Positions 7,210 through 13,099 of a stretch of 16,530 bases of DNA are shown piece by piece. The notes beneath the pieces were generated by a model that searched no databases, was not told where the DNA came from, and worked only from the letters and a program-made list of their open reading frames with translations. Numbering within the stretch: position 1 is the first letter of the stretch; each line of letters begins with the position of its first letter. The position numbers and the translations under genes are program-made. The stretch is from assembly GCA_001829415.1 (NCBI GenBank), contig MIBE01000032.1, forward strand, positions 138,611 through 155,140. Reading direction: 5' to 3'. The DNA is from Spirochaetes bacterium GWF1_51_8. GTDB taxonomy: Bacteria > Spirochaetota > Brevinematia > Brevinematales > GWF1-51-8.

Positions 7210-8577
7210 TTGAAAAGAATACTGCTGACAATTATTATTTTCATAGCAAGCGCGGGAGCCTTGTTCGGCGAGCCGAAGAAGCTGTGGGAATTCCAGCTTC
7301 CCCTTCCGGCGAACAAGGTGCTCGGAGTTTTCGAGGGAATGTCGCCGATTGCCTACCATAACGGTAATTTCTTCGCGGGCTCGGAATACGGCACGAAGAT
7401 CTATTGCCTGAACGCGGTTACCGGGAAGAAGGTCTGGGAGCATAACTATAACGATAAGTCCACGGGAAACAGCACTCAGATCTGCCGAAAATTGATCCCG
7501 ATAGGCGATTATCTCTATTACGATGCCTCGACCTACCTCTCTACCATGTTTTCACAGTTCGGGTGTATCGATATCAAGTCCGGCAAGAAGGTCTGGAATG
7601 CCACCATCTCGTATGTTTTCGGGGGGAAGGTGGTGTTTAACCCGAATCGGATATTTACCCCGTATTATTACGTGATGGATGCCAAAACCGGGAAGATAAA
7701 CGGCGACTGGATGTTTTTCAAGAAGTACCTGAAAAACAACTGGGGCTTCAAAATATCCGTCTATGACTACAGCGATGTCACTGTGCATCAGTTGATCGAA
7801 AGCGGCGCTTACTATCTCAACAGCGCGGATAAGAAAAAACTGGATAAGTCAAAGCTGTACTTAATGAAGAACGACTATATCTATCTGGACGTCGATGAAA
7901 AACTCATGATCGGGAACGCGCTCGGAGTCGAAAACCCGTTATACATCTTCAAAGAGAACCAGAACGAACCGGTCATGATTTTCGAGAAAAAGGGTTTCTA
8001 CCCGCACAAAGCGGCCTTGTTTTCAGGGTACCTTGTAATGTACGGACAGGGGGATTCGGGCGGAACGATAGTGTGTATCGACCTGAAAGCGCGGAAGCAG
8101 ATATGGGAAAACCCCGGAATACAGATCGGTAACGAAGGGGATTTGGGCGTACAGTCGGAACTCCTGCTTCTGGACGGGAATATGCTGCTCATTATCAACA
8201 ATTCCGAGAACGGAAAGGAGGAGATGACCCTGAACGCAGTCGATATCCGCACCGGAAAGACGCTCTGGAAAACGTTGATCTACCCCACTCCGGAAAACGT
8301 ATACCTCGCCGGAGCAAATACCTATTATATCAATCTCAGACTGCATATCGACGATGACAATGTATACATTTCAGACGGTTCGGCGCAATTCTACTGCTTC
8401 TCCAAAACGGACGGCAAGTACTTGTGGAAGATCGTCTATGCGACAAAGAAGCCGTGGCAGGTATTCGACAATTCCGTCCCGGCCGTGGGGGACGGCAAGG
8501 TCGTCTTCGGTGTAAACATCAAGGAAATGGGCACGATCGGTGTCGAACGGTGGATAGCCTGCTACTCGCTGAAGTAG
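7210..8577 (+). CDS. Secreted PQQ-like / BamB-like beta-propeller repeat protein
   Basis: TTG start at 7210 with GGAGG 6 nt upstream, and the signal peptide MKRILLTIIIFIASAGALFG. The repeated blade motif is x-x-C/A-hydrophobic-D/N-xx-T/S-GK-xx-W. Examples are IYCLNAVTGKKVWEH, FGCIDIKSGKKVWNA, YYVMDAKTGKING, IVCIDLKARKQIWEN, LNAVDIRTGKTLWKT and FYCFSKTDGKYLWKI. Confidence 0.8.
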   Translation: MKRILLTIIIFIASAGALFGEPKKLWEFQLPLPANKVLGVFEGMSPIAYHNGNFFAGSEYGTKIYCLNAVTGKKVWEHNYNDKSTGNSTQICRKLIPIGDYLYYDASTYLSTMFSQFGCIDIKSGKKVWNATISYVFGGKVVFNPNRIFTPYYYVMDAKTGKINGDWMFFKKYLKNNWGFKISVYDYSDVTVHQLIESGAYYLNSADKKKLDKSKLYLMKNDYIYLDVDEKLMIGNALGVENPLYIFKENQNEPVMIFEKKGFYPHKAALFSGYLVMYGQGDSGGTIVCIDLKARKQIWENPGIQIGNEGDLGVQSELLLLDGNMLLIINNSENGKEEMTLNAVDIRTGKTLWKTLIYPTPENVYLAGANTYYINLRLHIDDDNVYISDGSAQFYCFSKTDGKYLWKIVYATKKPWQVFDNSVPAVGDGKVVFGVNIKEMGTIGVERWIACYSLK

Positions 8578-8676
8578 AAGATAACTTGACTTTGATACAA
8601 AGATCGACTCCGGGAAGATTGGATTCTAGCGGAGAAACGTCTTCCATTGAAAAAAATTGACCCTTTGGAGTGAACT

Positions 8677-8928
8677 ATGATTCCTAAAATTATTCAGGCC
8701 GTTTATAACGGCGATTTCCGGATACGGATAAAGTTCGAGGACGGGGCGGAAGGAGTTGTCGATTTTAAAAACGAACTCTACGGCGTTGTTTTCGAACCGT
8801 TGAAGGATGATGAGTATTTCAAGTCCTTTCAGATCCGGGGGTCTTCCCTTTGTTGGGAGAATGGAGCGGATTTTGCTCCCGAGTTTCTTTATGAATCGGT
8901 CAAATCGCCCGTATCGGTGAAGGCGTAA
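8677..8928 (+). CDS. DUF2442 domain-containing protein
   Basis: An 83-aa ORF. The pattern I.IKFEDGAEGVVDF...LYGVVFEPLKDDEYFKSFQI.GSSLCWENGADFAPEFLY matches the DUF2442 signature as I recall it (..F.DG....vDl......fepL.d...F..v.....l.W.ng.D..Pe.Ly). GGAG lies 6 nt upstream of the ATG. Confidence 0.8.
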   Translation: MIPKIIQAVYNGDFRIRIKFEDGAEGVVDFKNELYGVVFEPLKDDEYFKSFQIRGSSLCWENGADFAPEFLYESVKSPVSVKA

Positions 8929-8942
8929 AAAGTATTTACGCC
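8922..8942 (+). terminator. 8-bp stem-loop spanning the DUF2442 stop codon (weak terminator candidate; also marks the left edge of the AT-rich island)
   Basis: ggcgtaaa (8922-8929) pairs with tttacgcc (8935-8942) around a 5-nt loop. The nearest T run (7 T) starts about 25 nt downstream, so this is not a canonical intrinsic terminator. Confidence 0.3.
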
Positions 8943-9012
8943 CAAGGATGCAGATTATTTTTTTACTGTAGCATTCTGGCGAATTTGAATTGAAATTAAC
9001 GATAAAAATATA

Positions 9013-9041
9013 TTGACAAATTTATTGTTTAGTATTAACAT
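9013..9041 (+). promoter_or_regulatory. Near-consensus sigma70 promoter of the AT-rich three-gene operon
   Basis: TTGACA (9013-9018), the 17-nt spacer aatttattgtttagtat, then TAACAT (9036-9041). It lies 20-30 nt upstream of the first ORF. Confidence 0.5.
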
Positions 9042-9060
9042 TCAAAGTTAAAGAAAGATT

Positions 9061-9381
9061 ATGGAGAGAAACATGACCGAGGAAAAAAAACTAGAATTTA
9101 AAAACATTGGAATCAATGATCATATTCCCTACACTAAGGTAGATCTTGCAAAATCATGTCGTATAAGTGAAAACTTTGCTTTCTCTTTTTATCAAATGGA
9201 TTATCAAGCGCTTGCGGCTTCATTAACAAATCAAAGTGAGCTTAAGGCTAATGAAATTGGATTAATTCCCGTCGCAAAGATTGTTCTAAATCACGAATCT
9301 TTTCTTCAATTAAGAAATGAGATAAATACATTACACGACTTATTTCTGAAAGAACAAAGTCTAGGGGATTTAAAGAAATGA
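9061..9381 (+). CDS. Island ORF A: small, slightly acidic cytoplasmic protein of unknown function (faint DUF3467-like pattern)
   Basis: A 106-aa ORF. The alternative start at ATG 9073 (MTEEKK) has the better RBS, with GGAG at 9063-9066 six nt upstream. The stop overlaps the ORF B start as ATGA (9378-9381). No TM segment or signal peptide. Confidence 0.6.
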   Translation: MERNMTEEKKLEFKNIGINDHIPYTKVDLAKSCRISENFAFSFYQMDYQALAASLTNQSELKANEIGLIPVAKIVLNHESFLQLRNEINTLHDLFLKEQSLGDLKK

Positions 9382-9815
9382 AAGAATTAACACTTTCCCA
9401 AAATCCCGCACATTTAACTATTCAGTACACAACCTCTATACCTCAGTCTATTACAATTAATGCTGATATATTAAATACGAGGCAAAGTGAAATATCAAAT
9501 AAGTTTTTATCAATGATATTTGATAGTATTGTAAAAAAAAGAATAATTAACAATCTTTTTATTAGCAATAACTATCTTAATAACTACATCTCTTTTTTAT
9601 TAGGTGCATACTCTGATGATGAATTTAAAAGTATTTCTGAAAAATATGTTAGAGAATATGATGATAATGATATTTCTGATATTGAAATATTTTACTCGGT
9701 TCAGATTTTAAAGAATATTTCAAAGGAAGATTTAAATTCTGAAAATTTATTATCTATGTTGAATATCTCTCCTGAACGGCTAAAAAACTTTGATATGAAA
9801 CTGTTGGAAAAATAA
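9378..9815 (+). CDS. Island ORF B: Asn/Ile/Ser-rich, probably helical protein of unknown function
   Basis: A 145-aa ORF translationally coupled to ORF A by a 4-nt ATGA overlap. It abuts ORF C directly (TAA ATG at 9813-9818). GGGGA lies about 10 nt upstream. No recognisable motif. Confidence 0.6.
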   Translation: MKELTLSQNPAHLTIQYTTSIPQSITINADILNTRQSEISNKFLSMIFDSIVKKRIINNLFISNNYLNNYISFLLGAYSDDEFKSISEKYVREYDDNDISDIEIFYSVQILKNISKEDLNSENLLSMLNISPERLKNFDMKLLEK

Positions 9816-10235
9816 ATGGAATCAATTGAAGGTCAAGAGCTATTGCTTATTTCCCAGCAAATTACACCGAAATTCGCCCCTCCACGAATAGCGAAAACTC
9901 TTTTTGGTACCCATATTATGGTATACCCAATCACATTACAGAGAAATGGTATTGGTGAAATCTCAATAGAATTTTTACCAAAGCGGTGTTTTTATTGTCC
10001 GACTTCTAAACTAAGTCTGGGTGATGCTATAAGCGGCAAATCCTTATGGGGGTATTCCTCTAAACCATTAAAAGCAAATTCAGTTAGTATTGGCGGAATT
10101 GCAAAGTCACACACACATCCTAGGCAACATGTTAATATTTCTGGTGATTGTTTTCTGCAAACTGTTGAAGATTTATTAGGTACCTCAATTTTGCAACACC
10201 CCAGAGAAATTTATTTAGTAGATAAATCAGAATAA
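9816..10235 (+). CDS. Island ORF C: unknown protein with a CxxC motif and a His-rich cluster
   Basis: A 139-aa ORF starting on the nucleotide after the ORF B stop. It contains C58-F-Y-C61 and the downstream segment H99-T-H101-PRQ-H105...C112. No TM segment or signal peptide. No family recognised. Confidence 0.6.
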   Translation: MESIEGQELLLISQQITPKFAPPRIAKTLFGTHIMVYPITLQRNGIGEISIEFLPKRCFYCPTSKLSLGDAISGKSLWGYSSKPLKANSVSIGGIAKSHTHPRQHVNISGDCFLQTVEDLLGTSILQHPREIYLVDKSE

Positions 10236-10387
10236 AACTGCTTTGTTGACAATTTATTTTTATATCTACTACTTTGCAAAAGTAAAATATAAATCCCTCC
10301 GTGTGAAAATGCAACCGAGAATATGTATAAAATCCTTAACTTTGTATATAATCGAATCTGTGTAAACCGTGGCCGCTTGTGGCCGAG

Positions 10388-12121
10388 CTACAACTGAAAT
10401 TTCAATAAAGCGAGGCCATAGCCCGGTACGCTGACAGGATAGTTTCCCCGGTTCTCCTTCGTGATATCCACGCACTCGGCGTTGCCGTTAAACAGATCGA
10501 CTCCGCCCTTGAGACCGTTCGCGGCGAACGGGTTATAGCTGAAATTGAGCGAGATTGTTTCCTCTTCATCCGAATAATTGAACACCGCGATAATCACTTC
10601 CTTCTCGCCGATAACCGCATGCGCCATCGCATGGTAACCGTTGGAGGTTTTCACGAACTGGTATTCGCCCGTCGCGATAACAGGATTGGCGTTCCGGATA
10701 TTGATGAGCTTGATGTAATGCGACAGGATGGAGTTCGTGTCCTTCTGCTCGACCATGGCGTTGAACATCGCGAAATTGGTATTCACCGGACGATAGGGCT
10801 TGGCCGCCGACGTGAATCCCGAGTTGGGCGTCGCGTCCCACTGCATCGGTGTGCGTAACGCGTACTCCGCCCACATCTTGGTGAAATGCCCCATCCCGAT
10901 CTCCTCGCCGTAGTAGACGAACGGGATACCCGGGATAGTCATATAGACCGAGGCGGCAAGTTTGCATTTCGCCTGGTCGCCATCGAGCCACTGGAACGCG
11001 CGCGGACCGGCGAAACTGTCGTGGTTCGATAAGAAATGCGCGTAGACCGCGCCCTTCGGGCAATAGTTCAGAAAATGATGAATGGCATTAGGTAAATTGT
11101 AGGGATTGCCGTTTTTAATCGAGTTCATGATCTCGTAGTTGAGGCCGAACGAGAAACCGGAGTTCATCTTTTTCGGGCCCATATATTCCGCCTTCGCGTC
11201 CTCGCAGATCGTGTAACGGTTCTCATAATGGTCGACGATTTCACGGAATTCGGCGAAGTACTCCTCGCTCTCGTACTGGGCGTAGGTGGCGTTGGGGCCG
11301 TTCTCGTAAAGGTGCGCGACCGCATCCAGACGGTATCCGTCGACACCGAGGTTCAGCCAGAAACGGATATAATCGTTCATCAGCTTGTGTACGTTGGGAT
11401 TAAAGAAATTCCAGTCCGGGATTTCGGGGGTGAACCCGGCGTAGAAGTATCCGCTCGGGAACTGAAACCACAGGTCGCTCTTGCCCTCGAGCGTCCATTT
11501 ACCGGGATTGATATTCGTATAGACGAAGTAGTCGCGGTAGAGGCCGTTGACATTTGTCGACGCCTCGATGAACATCGGCAGTTTCGCGGAGCCGTGGTTG
11601 ATCACGAAATCGATGATGATGCCGATACCGCGCTTATGCGCCTCGGCGAGCAGGGTCTTGAAGTCGTCCATCGTGCCGTAGTCGCTCTCGACCGCCATAT
11701 AGTCCATCGTGTGGTATCCGTGGTCGTTGTCCGAGCTCTCCATGACCGGCATCAGCCATATCCCGCCGATACCGAGCTTTTTTAGGTAGTCGAGCCGCGA
11801 GATCAGCCCCTTGAAATCGCCCTTCCCGTCGCCGTCGGAGTCCTGGTACGAACGGACGAAGATTTCAATGAAGACGGCGGTCTTCCACCACTCCTTTTTA
11901 AGCTTGGAGCCGGGGTCTTTGAAAGGGATCACTTCGGTGTAATCGGCGCATTTGTGCTTGGGATCGGGCGCGGGATAGACCTTGTTGTAGTCGAACTTGA
12001 CCGGCTTGACGACCTTGCCCTTTTTCTCGCCGGTGTCCTTCACTCCCGCTTTCGCGGATTGACAGGCTGCCGTCAATAGGCAGAATAACGATAAAAACAG
12101 AACTGATAATGCATTTTTCAT
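10388..12121 (-). CDS. GH13 alpha-amylase family glycoside hydrolase, probable lipoprotein
   Basis: A 577-aa ORF. The signal/lipobox-like N-terminus is MKNALSVLFLSLFCLLTAAC. GH13 features present are DGDGKGDFKGLISRLDYLKKLGIGGIWLMP, region I IIIDFVINHGS, region II GVDGYRLDAVAHL (nucleophile Asp) and region IV FLSNHDS. GAGGAG lies 6 nt upstream of the ATG at 12121. Confidence 0.9.
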   Translation of the reverse strand: MKNALSVLFLSLFCLLTAACQSAKAGVKDTGEKKGKVVKPVKFDYNKVYPAPDPKHKCADYTEVIPFKDPGSKLKKEWWKTAVFIEIFVRSYQDSDGDGKGDFKGLISRLDYLKKLGIGGIWLMPVMESSDNDHGYHTMDYMAVESDYGTMDDFKTLLAEAHKRGIGIIIDFVINHGSAKLPMFIEASTNVNGLYRDYFVYTNINPGKWTLEGKSDLWFQFPSGYFYAGFTPEIPDWNFFNPNVHKLMNDYIRFWLNLGVDGYRLDAVAHLYENGPNATYAQYESEEYFAEFREIVDHYENRYTICEDAKAEYMGPKKMNSGFSFGLNYEIMNSIKNGNPYNLPNAIHHFLNYCPKGAVYAHFLSNHDSFAGPRAFQWLDGDQAKCKLAASVYMTIPGIPFVYYGEEIGMGHFTKMWAEYALRTPMQWDATPNSGFTSAAKPYRPVNTNFAMFNAMVEQKDTNSILSHYIKLINIRNANPVIATGEYQFVKTSNGYHAMAHAVIGEKEVIIAVFNYSDEEETISLNFSYNPFAANGLKGGVDLFNGNAECVDITKENRGNYPVSVPGYGLALLKFQL

Positions 12122-12280
12122 CAGACACTCCTCGGTTTTGTCCGTTTAGTACGTTCTTATTGATTGCCGGTAACGGAGTTATCGCGGAAAAATTATAGAA
12201 TACGATCCCGAAAGCGCAATAGGAGATTTGTTCAACTAAGTGAATTGAGATTTTACGAAGAGATGAAAACAAATTATTGT

Positions 12281-12309
12281 TTGACAAAGAGATTTGTTAT
12301 TGATACAAT
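12281..12309 (+). promoter_or_regulatory. Near-consensus sigma70 promoter, TTGACA-17 nt-TACAAT
   Basis: TTGACA (12281-12286), the 17-nt spacer aagagatttgttattga, then TACAAT (12304-12309). It lies 18 nt upstream of the ATG at 12328. Confidence 0.6.
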
Positions 12310-12327
12310 TAACCGGGAAGTGAAAAG

Positions 12328-12792
12328 ATGAAAAGAATAAAAGTATACTTAGACACATCGGTGATTGGCGGGTGTTTTGATAAGGAATTTGAAATCTATT
12401 CGAATAAGCTTTTCGATAGTATTCGTAACAAGTATCTTCAAGCTGTAATTTCAGATATTACCATTTCTGAATTGGAAAGAGCCCCGGATTATATCAGCGA
12501 GGTTTTGTTATCTCTTTCACCGGACAGCGTTGAGATAGTGAATACAGATAGCGAAATTATCGAATTGGCAGAAAAATATCTAAGAGAAGGCATTGTGAGT
12601 GAAAATTACAAAAGCGATGCACTTCATATCGCGATTGCTACTGTTTACCGGATCGATGTTTTAGTTAGCTGGAATTTTCGGCATATTGTGAATCTTCAAA
12701 AGATCAAACTATTTAATTCGGTGAATTTGAAAGAAGGATATCAGGTATTAGACATTAGAACTCCTTTGGAGGTAATTGAAAATGGAAAGTAA
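12328..12792 (+). CDS. PIN-domain protein (VapC-like putative toxin/ribonuclease)
   Basis: A 154-aa ORF. VYLDTSVIGG, TISELE, SDALHIAIAT and VSWNFRHI give the spacing of the four PIN acidic/polar active-site positions. G+C is low (a sample line is 35%). Confidence 0.8.
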   Translation: MKRIKVYLDTSVIGGCFDKEFEIYSNKLFDSIRNKYLQAVISDITISELERAPDYISEVLLSLSPDSVEIVNTDSEIIELAEKYLREGIVSENYKSDALHIAIATVYRIDVLVSWNFRHIVNLQKIKLFNSVNLKEGYQVLDIRTPLEVIENGK

Positions 12793-12952
12793 AAAGATAG
12801 ACAGTTTAAAGATAGTTAGGGAAATCCGTGACGCTCAGAGCGCGGCTACCCTTGAGGAAATAGCCGAAAACGCGAAGGCCGGAATGAAAAATAATCCTAA
12901 GTGGCAAGATTTTCTCAAGAAAGTTGGTAAGAAGACCGCCGTCGCTCACTAG
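12782..12952 (+). CDS. Unannotated 56-aa ORF overlapping the PIN gene end; candidate cognate antitoxin
   Basis: Hand translation gives MESKKIDSLKIVREIRDAQSAATLEEIAENAKAGMKNNPKWQDFLKKVGKKTAVAH, with the stop at 12950-12952. It is below the 60-aa cutoff of the ORF track. The ATG at 12782 overlaps the PIN stop (12790-12792) by 11 nt, which suggests translational coupling. No strong RBS was identified. Confidence 0.45.
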   Translation: MESKKIDSLKIVREIRDAQSAATLEEIAENAKAGMKNNPKWQDFLKKVGKKTAVAH

Positions 12953-13039
12953 ATTCTTCGTTCTTTTAAATCCAAAAGTTTGTCTGCAATTCTCTGATCG
13001 GTATTTTCAACCGCAAAAAAACAATACCTTGATGTTTAC

Positions 13040-13068
13040 TTGAGTAATTCCAATGCCTGCCATATAAT
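13040..13068 (+). promoter_or_regulatory. Sigma70-type promoter upstream of recA, TTGAGT-17 nt-TATAAT
   Basis: TTGAGT (13040-13045), the 17-nt spacer aattccaatgcctgcca, then TATAAT (13063-13068). It lies about 30 nt upstream of the ATG at 13100. Confidence 0.5.
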
Positions 13069-13099
13069 TATATTAATAATTCATGGGATGGGGAATCAT

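Noticed and set aside
5313-7443. Reverse-strand ORFs inside or overlapping the repeat-protein gene (5313-5519, 5718-5993, 6135-6551, 6482-6664, 6591-7316, 6758-7084, 7165-7443) and 5431-5664(+)
   Set aside because: They overlap a long ORF with strong internal repeat periodicity and a signal peptide. Their products are Arg/His/Val-rich and featureless.
7552-8660. ORFs 7552-7788(-), 7998-8252(-), 8023-8346(-) and 8424-8660(+)
   Set aside because: They are in alternative or antisense frames of the PQQ-like propeller gene. They have no independent support.
9083-9540. Two A8 homopolymer tracts (9083-9090 in ORF A, 9533-9540 in ORF B) as possible phase-variation slippage sites
   Set aside because: A8 is short for efficient slippage. 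The tracts are simply Lys codons (EEKKLE, VKKRI) in a region of about 30% G+C. No out-of-frame continuation ORF suggests programmed shifting.
10246-10275. TTGACA at 10246 as a promoter
   Set aside because: No acceptable -10 hexamer lies at 16-18 nt, and there is no downstream plus-strand gene before the convergent amylase gene. It is kept only as the second copy of the flanking repeat.
10132-10475. Reverse-strand ORFs 10132-10314 and 10269-10475 at the right flank of the island
   Set aside because: They overlap the ORF C 3' end, the amylase 3' end or AT-rich spacer. They have no RBS. The products are low in complexity and at the length expected by chance in AT-rich DNA.
10566-11785. ORFs 10566-11063(-), 10619-10858(+), 11164-11346(-) and 11228-11785(+) inside the amylase gene, plus 11898-12287(-)
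   Set aside because: They are alternative or antisense frames of a gene with clear GH13 catalytic motifs. Their products are biased towards Arg, Gly, Val and Asp.
13040-13099. TTG start at 13040 for recA, and the in-frame ATG at 13088
   Set aside because: The TTG coincides with the -35 box of the predicted promoter and would add a hydrophobic leader not found in RecA. ATG 13088 lacks an RBS, whereas ATG 13100 has GGGGA 5 nt upstream and gives a typical RecA N-terminus.
12953-13099. SOS (LexA) box upstream of recA
   Set aside because: I looked for CTGT-N8-ACAG and GAAC-N4-GTTC type palindromes and found none. Lineage-specific LexA motifs cannot be excluded without a matrix search.
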